A DNA stretch of 40,075 nt from a virus (lineage: Duplodnaviria; Heunggongvirae; Uroviricota; Caudoviricetes): positions 1 through 40,075 of the IMG/VR virus record IMGVR_UViG_3300014208_000030. One strand, 5' to 3'. The notes under the pieces were generated by a model. The model did not search any database, had not been told where the DNA came from, and saw nothing but the letters and a program-made list of their open reading frames with translations. Shown here in pieces: positions 20,223-28,356 of the stretch. Numbering within the stretch: position 1 is the stretch's first letter; each line of letters begins with the position of its first letter. Position numbers and translations under genes: made by a program.

Positions 20223-21359
20223 ATGAGCTACCTTGGGCACACCCAACCATCCGAGAAAATAGATTCTGCTGATATTCTAGATGGCAGTATTCTCCCTGTG
20301 GCAATAAACCCAGCACCAACGTTCCCGAATGCTGTAGTTGCCCATAACATGGCATCCCAATTTGCCTTTAAGAATAGAGTGCTCAATGGGAATTTTGATT
20401 TTTGGGAGAGAGGAACATCCCAAACTGCTACTGGGTATGGGTCTGCAGACAGATGGCGATTAGTGCGTAATGTAACGACGTCGACAATGAGCAGAGTAGC
20501 GTTCACCGCGGGACAGACTGATGTGCCACATGAGCCAGCATACCATATGCGAAATGTGGTAGTCTCAAGTGCCGGTGCGGCTAGCTATGCATTTAATCGC
20601 CATGTGCTAGGGAGCATCCGTACGCTGGCAGGTAAACCAGTAACCCTAACATTTTGGGCTAAGGCAAATGCCGTAAAGAATATCTCTGTGGAGTGGAGTT
20701 CATATACCGGCAATACTGCTGGGGTTGGTGCCGCTACCACTACGGGCATGTATGCTACCAAATATGCACTATCAACAGCATGGCAGCTCATCACCATGAC
20801 AGTAACGCTGCCAATACCAGCATCAGTTGGTTCAGATGGCGACGACTCTATTTCATTTAATATTTGGTACGATGCTGGCTCGAACTATTCCAACAGAACA
20901 AACGCGCTTGGGCAGCAGAGCGGCACATTTGATATTGCTCAAGTACAGCTGGAAGAGGGTACGGTAGCAACTCCATTTGAGATGAAGCCATTTGCCATTG
21001 AATATATGCTCCTGCAGCAGTATTACCAAAAAATAGCATTTACCCGTAGTCCTGTGTTTATGACCTCTGGGGGGACTGCGGTTGGCGGTAGATTGTATTA
21101 TCCGGTGGCTATGATTGGCACCCCTACGGTAACGATCAGTACAGCCACATGGACATCATCGCTAACCCTAAGCGGCTCAACCACCGGTGATCTAGCATCT
21201 CTGGCCGCGACTACAGCAACCATGACTGTATCTGCGGCTGATATTATGGCTACTAGCCTAGGCATCTCTGGCATCAATGGGCAATATGCAGCAACCACTA
21301 TCTGGGGTGGGACTGCAACGGTATCTATAGCACTTGAATACGAGTTATCTGGGGTATAG
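20223..21359 (+). CDS. Fibre/receptor-binding protein paralog 1
   Basis: MSYLG..., FKNRVLNGNFDFWERGTS..GYGSADRW, AQVQLEEGTVATPFE...LQQYYQ carbohydrate-binding-like fibre domain. Confidence 0.7.
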   Translation: MSYLGHTQPSEKIDSADILDGSILPVAINPAPTFPNAVVAHNMASQFAFKNRVLNGNFDFWERGTSQTATGYGSADRWRLVRNVTTSTMSRVAFTAGQTDVPHEPAYHMRNVVVSSAGAASYAFNRHVLGSIRTLAGKPVTLTFWAKANAVKNISVEWSSYTGNTAGVGAATTTGMYATKYALSTAWQLITMTVTLPIPASVGSDGDDSISFNIWYDAGSNYSNRTNALGQQSGTFDIAQVQLEEGTVATPFEMKPFAIEYMLLQQYYQKIAFTRSPVFMTSGGTAVGGRLYYPVAMIGTPTVTISTATWTSSLTLSGSTTGDLASLAATTATMTVSAADIMATSLGISGINGQYAATTIWGGTATVSIALEYELSGV

Positions 21360-21361
21360 GA

Positions 21362-22471
21362 ATGAGCTACATAGGAACGCAACTAATACCCACCCCAATC
21401 GATCCAGTCGACATTGCCGATGGCACCATCGATGGTGCATCATTTTCTAGCGCCATTACCCTACCAGCAAATACATTCGAGAATGCCATTGGTACCCCGT
21501 TGTTATTTAGAAATAAGATCATAAACGGGAACTTTGATATATGGCAGCGCGGCACCTCATTTTCTGGAAGCGGATATACTGCGGATAGGTGGCGAATAGA
21601 TGTACTTGGCTCATCTTTGGCGACAACGAGAGAATTATTTGGTGTTGGGCAGATAGATGTACCAAACAACCCAGCATATTACTTGAGGGCTGTGGTTACC
21701 TCGGTGGGGGGTGCTGACAACTATGCTCTTGTGCGACAACCCATAGAAAGCGTCAGAACACTCTCCGGCAAAACAGCGACACTGACGTTTTGGGGGAAGG
21801 CTGATGCGCCAAAAAATATCGCCATTAGTTTTCTGCAATATTATGATGTCGGTGCCGTAATAGAGAGCAATATCAATACGCTCGCACTTACCGCTGGTTG
21901 GGCTAAATATACGGTGCCACTAAGTATCCCAACAGCTACTGCTACCGGTAGTGTCGATAGTAGTCTCGCACTCATGTTTTGGTTTGATAGTGGCACCGCT
22001 ACGGCAGGAAGTACCAATAGCCTTGGGCAGCAGAGCGGCACATTTGACATTGCTCAGGTGCAACTAGAGGAGGGCACCGTAGCTACACCATTCGAAGACT
22101 TGCCATTAGCATATAGCACACTATTGTGCGCACGATATTATCAGCAGCATGCCCTGGGTGTTGGTGTTGGGTCGTTCATAACCAGCCAAGCAACCGGCGA
22201 CACTGCTGGTCGCATAATGTTCAGCGGCAGCATGCGCAAGATACCAACGGTGACTTTTAATACCACTACGTGGGCAATATATGGGATGGTGTCATATAGA
22301 AGTGTCCCAGCGCAGGTCGATCGCACAGTGACCGTTGCTGTTGCTGACGTTCAATCACATAGTACCGGCATAACGCTAGCCGCATCTGCGCCATTTGCAA
22401 CTAACTATGGCGTCACTTTTGCTTGGTCATCACTGACCGACTTAACATTGCACGTTGATGCGGAATTATAG
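21362..22471 (+). CDS. Fibre/receptor-binding protein paralog 2
   Basis: MSYIG..., FRNKIINGNFDIWQRGTS..YTADRW, AQVQLEEGTVATPFE..CARYYQ. Confidence 0.7.
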   Translation: MSYIGTQLIPTPIDPVDIADGTIDGASFSSAITLPANTFENAIGTPLLFRNKIINGNFDIWQRGTSFSGSGYTADRWRIDVLGSSLATTRELFGVGQIDVPNNPAYYLRAVVTSVGGADNYALVRQPIESVRTLSGKTATLTFWGKADAPKNIAISFLQYYDVGAVIESNINTLALTAGWAKYTVPLSIPTATATGSVDSSLALMFWFDSGTATAGSTNSLGQQSGTFDIAQVQLEEGTVATPFEDLPLAYSTLLCARYYQQHALGVGVGSFITSQATGDTAGRIMFSGSMRKIPTVTFNTTTWAIYGMVSYRSVPAQVDRTVTVAVADVQSHSTGITLAASAPFATNYGVTFAWSSLTDLTLHVDAEL

Positions 22472-22483
22472 GGAGACGATGGC

Positions 22484-23629
22484 ATGTCGTATATAGGCGT
22501 AGATTCACCGATAGCACTAACTAAGAATTCCGAGATTGAGGTTGGTGCTATCACTACATCAATGCTAAATGCTTCAGTCAGCTCAGTGCCATCTGGCACC
22601 ATTGAGCGAAGCAGCATGGTGATGTATGGGTTCAAAAACAAGATAATAAATGGTAATTTCTCTGTGTGGCAGCGCGGCACCACATTTTCCAGCACAGGAT
22701 ATTCCGCCGATAGATGGTGGCTTGGCATTGCCGGTACCGGCACAACAGCCATCCTAACAGACCACCCATTAGACACAGAGGCAAGCGAGTCTGCTACCGG
22801 CATCAATATCATATATACTGGCGGCGCGAGTGCCGATGCCCAAGTTCGCATTTCCCAAAAGATCGAGGGTGTGCGAACATGTGCCGGTAAGCGCATTGCG
22901 CTATCATTTTTAGCGGATAGTTTGGTAGGCAATGCGCCCATTGGAATTGAATTTACTCAGGAGTTTGGTGGTGGTGGAAGTGCTACCATTACCGGAATAG
23001 GCGCACGAAAGCTCATAGTATCCCAATCGGCTACCCATACCCTCAGAAAATACACAGTGATTGTCGACATACCATCCATAGCCGGTAAGTCTATAGGTAC
23101 CGATGGGGAGGATGGGCTATCCCTGAACCTATGGGTGAGTGCTGGTTCGGCATACGCTGCCAGAGCTAGCAATATAGGTCAGCAAGCATCTAGCATAGTA
23201 ATTGCCGATCTGCAGGTGGAAGAGGGCGACGCGCCAACAATGTTCGAGTATAGGCCGAATGGAACGGAGGCATACTTATGCTACAGATACTATCAGAAAA
23301 TCGCAGCAACAAACAACCAAGCTGCCGTAATAATTTATGCTAGCAAGGTGTTGCATGGGCGCTGGCAATTCATAACCAAAATGCGCAAGATACCTACCAT
23401 AACGCTGGAATCAACGTCATGGGCGACGCGGGGAGTCACGGAGCCTAGGTTCTTTGAGCCAAGCTATAGCAACTATAGTATTTCGCCAACATTAACCGGC
23501 GTTGCGGCTGCTAACATCACCACGAGTAGCACAGCATTCACATATACTGGCAGCGGTACCACATACGGTGTCGTTGGCGTAATATGTCCATATCAGAGTA
23601 TAGCGATGTACGTAAATGCGGAAATGTAA
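22484..23629 (+). CDS. Fibre/receptor-binding protein paralog 3
   Basis: MSYIG..., FKNKIINGNFSVWQRGT..YSADRW, LQVEEG..PTMFEYRP...CYRYYQ. Confidence 0.7.
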   Translation: MSYIGVDSPIALTKNSEIEVGAITTSMLNASVSSVPSGTIERSSMVMYGFKNKIINGNFSVWQRGTTFSSTGYSADRWWLGIAGTGTTAILTDHPLDTEASESATGINIIYTGGASADAQVRISQKIEGVRTCAGKRIALSFLADSLVGNAPIGIEFTQEFGGGGSATITGIGARKLIVSQSATHTLRKYTVIVDIPSIAGKSIGTDGEDGLSLNLWVSAGSAYAARASNIGQQASSIVIADLQVEEGDAPTMFEYRPNGTEAYLCYRYYQKIAATNNQAAVIIYASKVLHGRWQFITKMRKIPTITLESTSWATRGVTEPRFFEPSYSNYSISPTLTGVAAANITTSSTAFTYTGSGTTYGVVGVICPYQSIAMYVNAEM

Positions 23630-23958
23630 TGAATCAAACTAACCTGTTTATTCACCAAGGAACCGATTATTATACTGCGCTGACGCTGCGTAATGCTGCT
23701 GGTGCTGTTTTTAACACAACTGGCTACGCTATTGTTGCTAAGTTGAAAAACAGCATCATATCGGCCTCTACTGTCCCATTTACGGTTACCGTGGTTTCCG
23801 CTTCCCTTGGGCAGATAACCCTATCTATGGACAATGCAACAACAGCTGCGCTATCCGTGCACAGATATATATTTGAGCTAGACGCGGTAGCTACTTCAGG
23901 CGGTGCCGTTACCAGATTAGTATCCGGTCTCGGTACCGTGCACCATACCGTCCTTTAA
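23629..23958 (+). CDS. Small Ig/BppU-like virion structural protein (start MNQTNLFIHQG)
   Basis: ATG overlaps the previous stop (TAATG). Pattern NL.I.QGTD...GQITLSM....TAAL..RY.FEL. Confidence 0.7.
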   Translation: MNQTNLFIHQGTDYYTALTLRNAAGAVFNTTGYAIVAKLKNSIISASTVPFTVTVVSASLGQITLSMDNATTAALSVHRYIFELDAVATSGGAVTRLVSGLGTVHHTVL

Positions 23959-23973
23959 TATTACGGAGCCTAT

Positions 23974-24318
23974 ATGCCAGCAGATTTACTAGAAGCACTG
24001 AAACCAAGATCAGTCAATTTTGAGTTCTACAGAGGCGAGACATTTAGCCAGAATTTAGTCGTGCGGGGAGATGATGATATTGCCATTGACCTAACCGGTG
24101 CTACGATTTCTGGCAAGATGGCGCGAAGCCATGTCGCAACAGCAAGAACGATTATAACCGCATCGGTGGTTAATCCGGTGACCGGTGTGGTGAACCTGAC
24201 GCTAGCAAACACTTCGACACTAGCGGCAGGGCGATACATTTATTCAGTGCTGCTGACTACGCAATCCTTGAAGAAAGTTAAGTTCCTCGATGGCATCATC
24301 AGCATCAATTTGCTGTGA
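23974..24318 (+). CDS. Small Ig/BppU-like virion structural protein, paralog of the previous gene
   Basis: F.RGETF...IDLTG......A....GVVNLTL..T..LAAGRYIYSV; GGAG RBS. Confidence 0.7.
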   Translation: MPADLLEALKPRSVNFEFYRGETFSQNLVVRGDDDIAIDLTGATISGKMARSHVATARTIITASVVNPVTGVVNLTLANTSTLAAGRYIYSVLLTTQSLKKVKFLDGIISINLL

Positions 24319-25836
24319 TTATCTGCGCCATTTTCCGTTCTTATTTATAAATAAGAGCTGGCGTTTGCCGTTTGGCTGAATAATGCAGTTGGCCTGAGCC
24401 CAGCTGCTTGGCCCAGAATTGTATTCCAGTTTTGAATAACAGGTGTGTCCGACAACATAGCATCCACCAAAAATTGATGGGGTATGGCTATGGCCGACAA
24501 CTGTCTTCATGCCTAGCTTAGAAAACTGCTCTGCGCTGCCTCTGCTACCATTGGTACCTTGGTGCCCATGAAATGCCAACTCGATATCATGCACCTTGAA
24601 CGTCTCGTGCCCACCAACGAAAGTTACATTATCCGTAGCATAATTATTCTCAGCCCATAGCTTGAATGGGTTTGGATATTCTGCGCCAGCCTTGCCCATT
24701 GTGGTATTCTTCAGCATTAAATACATCAGCTCATGATACAATAAGGCATTCCACGGCTCATGCTTCGGATTGCATTCTTGCAGCCACCGGCACAGATGGT
24801 CATTGTGATTTGAGCTCACAATAATGCTCCGCGATCCTTCCGGAGTGGTGTTCAGGATATACTCTACGGTAGCTTCTAATTCATCGACCGACTTGTTCTT
24901 GCCGCTCAGATATTTTGCATACTGGGTAAAAACCTGTTTTTGGTGATGATGATTCGCAGAATAGAAATCCAGCGAATCGTGCCGCACAATCAATTTTGGC
25001 TTCAGGACATTAACCATGCTGTTCGGCTCAGTGAATGTTGCTCCGGTAGCCAATGGGTCCGCGTGAATCACATGTTCATCCCCAACTATGATTGCCGGTA
25101 TGTTTGTATTGGGTATTGCCATACCGCCAGTGTAGTAGGTATCTACGTCATAAAATGAGCCACTCTCATCGGAGTTCAGGACACGAATGTGGAATGAATC
25201 AATTTCAGCATCTTCTTCGACAACCAGTGCAGAAAAACTATGGTTAAAGTTTGCCTTTTCACCCTGCTTAGTCTTGGTGTAGGTGCTGTTGGTCACGGAA
25301 CCTGTAGTTGTGATCATGCAAGCCCAATCCACATGACTCATCGCGATCATTTTCATCATCAACTGGGGATGCGCCAAAATAAGTGAGCTACCTTTGGAGA
25401 AAGATTCGAAGCCAGATAGAGGGTTACCAATTGCTGGTGAAATATGCAATCCAGCAAGCAAGCGCAAGCCAGTGGTAAGTTCGGTATTTTCTTGTATGAA
25501 ATATTTATGTAGGCTCTTGTCCCACTCATCATCAAGACCTTGGGAATATTTTACCGGAACGATCAGTAGCTGGGCATTATTAAAGCCGCAGTATGTCTTC
25601 AGGGTATTCAGGAATTTTGTATTGACTTCTACACCATTTACCGCAGAGGTTATTACCCAAGTGCGATTGCTGTTTGTTTGGTGAGTCTGTTGCTTGATTG
25701 ATTGGGCAGCATCTTCTGAATAGAAATTGTTACCGCATGCTGTGCACCGGTAACGCTGTTCTAGGCGACCACCACGAAAGTCTTTGCCTTTTTTTATGCT
25801 GGAGGTACTGCTGCATTTCGGACACTGTTCGCTCAT
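24319..25836 (-). CDS. T5 A1-like calcineurin-type metallophosphoesterase/nuclease with N-terminal zinc ribbon
   Basis: CPKC...RYRCTACG ribbon; WVITSA, AHPQL, GDEH, HDSLDF..NHH, SNHND, HGHQGTNGSRGS, GHSH motifs. Confidence 0.7.
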   Translation of the reverse strand: MSEQCPKCSSTSSIKKGKDFRGGRLEQRYRCTACGNNFYSEDAAQSIKQQTHQTNSNRTWVITSAVNGVEVNTKFLNTLKTYCGFNNAQLLIVPVKYSQGLDDEWDKSLHKYFIQENTELTTGLRLLAGLHISPAIGNPLSGFESFSKGSSLILAHPQLMMKMIAMSHVDWACMITTTGSVTNSTYTKTKQGEKANFNHSFSALVVEEDAEIDSFHIRVLNSDESGSFYDVDTYYTGGMAIPNTNIPAIIVGDEHVIHADPLATGATFTEPNSMVNVLKPKLIVRHDSLDFYSANHHHQKQVFTQYAKYLSGKNKSVDELEATVEYILNTTPEGSRSIIVSSNHNDHLCRWLQECNPKHEPWNALLYHELMYLMLKNTTMGKAGAEYPNPFKLWAENNYATDNVTFVGGHETFKVHDIELAFHGHQGTNGSRGSAEQFSKLGMKTVVGHSHTPSIFGGCYVVGHTCYSKLEYNSGPSSWAQANCIIQPNGKRQLLFINKNGKWRR

Positions 25837-25893
25837 AGTAAAATAATATAGTAGTTTCGGATGCTACTATTTAGTTACCATGAGCGAGGGTGG

Positions 25894-26025
25894 TTATTTG
25901 TTCTGTTCCCGCATAAGCTCTGTGAGATACAGAATGTTGACGTTCATGTTGTCCTGTCTCTGGGTAATGTGATGAATACCGGCGACCAACACAACCAGAA
26001 TTACTACCAACAAAAATACAATCAC
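25894..26025 (-). CDS. 43-aa single-TM membrane microprotein (MIVFLLVVILVVLVAGIHHITQRQDNMNVNILYLTELMREQNK)
   Basis: GTG start overlaps the upstream TGA (GTGA); hydrophobic N-terminus. Confidence 0.6.
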   Translation of the reverse strand: MIVFLLVVILVVLVAGIHHITQRQDNMNVNILYLTELMREQNK

Positions 26026-26141
26026 TTGATATCCCGCTTGAGCCACTTGGCTACCCGAATTATGTTTGTATTGACTGTGCTCTGGCGATACATGATGACA
26101 AACTGCAGCACTATGATTACACCTAATAAAAATTCTACCAT
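26022..26141 (-). CDS. 39-aa single-TM membrane microprotein (MVEFLLGVIIVLQFVIMYRQSTVNTNIIRVAKWLKRDIK)
   Basis: AAGGAG RBS; ATG overlaps the upstream stop; hydrophobic N-terminus and basic tail. Confidence 0.7.
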   Translation of the reverse strand: MVEFLLGVIIVLQFVIMYRQSTVNTNIIRVAKWLKRDIK

Positions 26142-26266
26142 TGTTTTGTCTCCTTGAGATGTTTCTCTAATTTCGCGATTTGACGATTGACTTGTATCAG
26201 CTTAACGGTAGCAATAACAAATGATCCAATCGCAAAGCCAAATAATAGTGCTAACACACTCTCCAT
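26135..26266 (-). CDS. 43-aa single-TM membrane microprotein (MESVLALLFGFAIGSFVIATVKLIQVNRQIAKLEKHLKETKQW)
   Basis: AGGAGG RBS 8 nt upstream; downstream of a sigma70-like promoter. Confidence 0.75.
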   Translation of the reverse strand: MESVLALLFGFAIGSFVIATVKLIQVNRQIAKLEKHLKETKQW

Positions 26267-26299
26267 ACCGACATCCTCCTAAAAAATTAATAAGGCTTA

Positions 26300-26327
26300 A
26301 TTATACCACATCTGGCTACATTGTCCA
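26300..26327 (-). promoter_or_regulatory. Sigma70-type early promoter (TGGACA-16-TATAAT with extended TG)
   Basis: Minus strand reads TGGACAATGTAGCCAGATGTGGTATAAT; divergent from the gp13 late promoter. Confidence 0.6.
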
Positions 26328-26334
26328 GCATTTA

Positions 26335-26342
26335 TATAAATA
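26335..26342 (+). promoter_or_regulatory. Late promoter TATAAATA for gp13
   Basis: Exact consensus 27 nt before the ATG. Confidence 0.8.
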
Positions 26343-26369
26343 GTAGAACAAACCCAAAAGGATAGGCAG

Positions 26370-27323
26370 ATGGCAGCGATCGCTAGCAGACAGGATTTAA
26401 AAGATTATGCGTTACGCAGACTGGGCTACCCAGTTATTGAGATCAACATCGAAGACACGCAAATGGACGATGCCATCGACGATGCATTTCAATTTTATAG
26501 ACTCTATGATTCTGATTCCTATCAGCGTACCTATGTGAAGCGCCAAGTAACCGCCAACGAAATTACTGTCAGTGGTGTTACTGGTATATTTCAGAAAGAT
26601 GAATGGGTATCCAGTAGCGTTACCGGTTCAACATTTCAGGTCTATGATGTTGCGCTGCCGCTTATACGAACCGTTGACATAACCAATGGCAATCTTCAGG
26701 CTGGGGAAGTCCTAACAGGACAAATTAGCGGGGCAGTTGCCACAGTGGTTAGTGTTGCGCTGTCTGATGTGCAAAATGGCTACATCACATTGCCGGACAA
26801 TATTGTGTCTGTTACGAAACTGCTTCCGTGGTCGCAAGTTAATAGCAGCATGAATAGCCTCTGGAATATTCAGTACCAGATCAGGCTCAACGATTTGTAT
26901 GCCTTAACAAATTCAGATATGGTGTATTACACCCAGACTATGCAGCACTTGTCGCTGATGGAGCAGACACTAGTTGCCGAGCCACAAATCAGGTTTAATC
27001 AACATTCAGGGCGCGTATATATCGATAGTAATATAGCACAGAAAGTTTCGCCGGATGGGTGGATCATTCTCGAATGCTATGGACTCCTCGATCCAGATAC
27101 GTTTACTAGGATGTACAACTCCTATTCACTTAAACGATTGACGGTAGCATATTTTAAGCGCATCTGGGGGAGCAACCTCAGCAAATTTTCCGATATTGTT
27201 TTGGTCGGCGGCGTAAAACTCCGTGGTGGTGCCATTTATGCCGAGGCGGTAGAAGAGGCTGCGATGGTAGAAGAAGAAATACGCTCAACTTTCGAGATCG
27301 GGCCTAATTTTTTAGTTGGCTAG
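26370..27323 (+). CDS. gp13: Neck protein gp13
   Basis: SRQDLKDYALRRLGYPVIEINI...Q.DDAIDDA.Q, IQYQIRLNDLY, KR.WG.NLSKF....L.GGV.L.G. Confidence 0.93.
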   Translation: MAAIASRQDLKDYALRRLGYPVIEINIEDTQMDDAIDDAFQFYRLYDSDSYQRTYVKRQVTANEITVSGVTGIFQKDEWVSSSVTGSTFQVYDVALPLIRTVDITNGNLQAGEVLTGQISGAVATVVSVALSDVQNGYITLPDNIVSVTKLLPWSQVNSSMNSLWNIQYQIRLNDLYALTNSDMVYYTQTMQHLSLMEQTLVAEPQIRFNQHSGRVYIDSNIAQKVSPDGWIILECYGLLDPDTFTRMYNSYSLKRLTVAYFKRIWGSNLSKFSDIVLVGGVKLRGGAIYAEAVEEAAMVEEEIRSTFEIGPNFLVG

Positions 27324-28238
27324 AGAATCTAATCCAAGAACATCAATAACAAATAGTTCCCTATTGCCATTGTGCATTATCGGCTCACCTTGGTACTGAT
27401 GTTCTTTGAATTGTGTGTGGTATGCCTTTTCTAGTGCTCTAGCCTCTCTACCATCACTAAAATAAAATTCCTTTACGATAGTAGCGGTGACGGCCTCCGA
27501 CACCCGCATGCCAGTTATCCTAGCTGCGGTTGTTCTATTTGTTATGCCAATCTTATAAAGTGGTAAACCATGAGGACATTCAAACTTTACGTAATATAGT
27601 GTAGCCGCTTTTTTCTTATCAAATCCACCTAATGCAGTACCCATGTGGGCGCACACCACATCGAGAATATTTTTCTTTGCCGCGGCTTTATAGGCGGGAC
27701 CATTTCCATAGAAGAACGCGCTGCGCGTTGGGTACTCCATTGCCGCTGTGGATATAGCCACCGCATCCCATTTAGTAACTATACCGGTAACCATGTGTGT
27801 GCACACGGAATTCAACAGACCTTTATCGAGAGCTGCTGTATATGCATTTCTGTTGCCATATTGAAATTCCGCACGGGTATTATATTGCAGAGCAATTTCA
27901 TATAAATTATCAAAATTCCAACTCATGTGCTGCGGTTTCATATGGGAACAGAATATATCCAACCCTCTTGCTAGTGCCGCCTGATATGCCGCATAATTGC
28001 CAATCCTGAATTCCTGTTTGGAAGCATATTTCGCAGATTCTGTATGTAGCATTTCCATACTCCAGCTAGTGCGTCTGGATATCATGTGGGCGCAGATTTC
28101 ATTCAAGCAGCCCATTTTTGTTGCCGCCTGATATGCAGCACCATTTCCTTTTTGGAATTTTCTTCTACCCGTATACAGTAAAGCCTGCTCCTGTAGCATT
28201 TCCAAAGTCCACTGAGTTCTAGTTCTTTTCTTCTGCAT
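27312..28238 (-). mobile_element. Free-standing homing-endonuclease-like CDS: four ~48-aa helical repeats plus a C-terminal GIY-YIG-like (T5orf172/MUG113-type) domain
   Basis: Repeats W......A..Y.....F..GN..AY.AA...G.L...C.HM occur four times. C-terminal LYYVKF..LYKIGITNR...RI...LEK..H...ELF. Inserted antisense between gp13 and gp14. Confidence 0.7.
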
Positions 28239-28249
28239 TTTGACAACCG

Positions 28250-28338
28250 TATAAATAGTATTAATGTGGGACAGCTAGGTTTAACCGTAGCCGAGTTGGG
28301 AAATACTCGATATATTTCCCTAACCACTTCTATTTATA
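28250..28338. promoter_or_regulatory. Element bounded by two convergent late promoters (TATAAATA + at 28250-28257; - at 28331-28338) enclosing a structured sequence
   Basis: TATAAATAG...CTATTTATA inverted repeat; internal stems GTGG/CCAC, GCTA-GGT/ACC-TAGC, GGGAAATA/TATTTCCC, CGAGT/ACTCG. Confidence 0.65.
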
Positions 28339-28356
28339 TTTTTTGAGGATACCGCC

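Noticed and set aside
205-23172. Numerous antisense or alternative-frame ORFs within the structural genes
   Set aside because: They overlap well-supported genes and show no recognisable motifs; they are likely codon-bias shadows
20223-23629. Diversity-generating retroelement acting on the fibre paralogs
   Set aside because: No reverse transcriptase in the window, and no TR/VR pair differing only at adenines
24341-24354. Palindrome TTATTTATAAATAA containing late-promoter motifs on both strands
   Set aside because: It lies in the 3' coding end of the A1-like gene and could only drive antisense RNA; chance is likely in AT-rich codons
25720-25836. IS1 element suggested by the InsA-like zinc ribbon
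   Set aside because: The ribbon is fused to a phosphoesterase; no InsB transposase or terminal inverted repeats were seen
25861-26157. 98-aa + strand ORF from the track
   Set aside because: It is the shadow of three minus-strand microproteins that have better RBS and promoter support
28261-28330. tRNA gene
   Set aside because: No cloverleaf, TTCG T-loop or CCA arrangement; no tRNA was recognised anywhere in the window
27312-28356. Group I intron joining gp13 and gp14
   Set aside because: Both genes look complete, the ORF is antisense, and no P/Q/R/S core was recognisable in the short non-coding part
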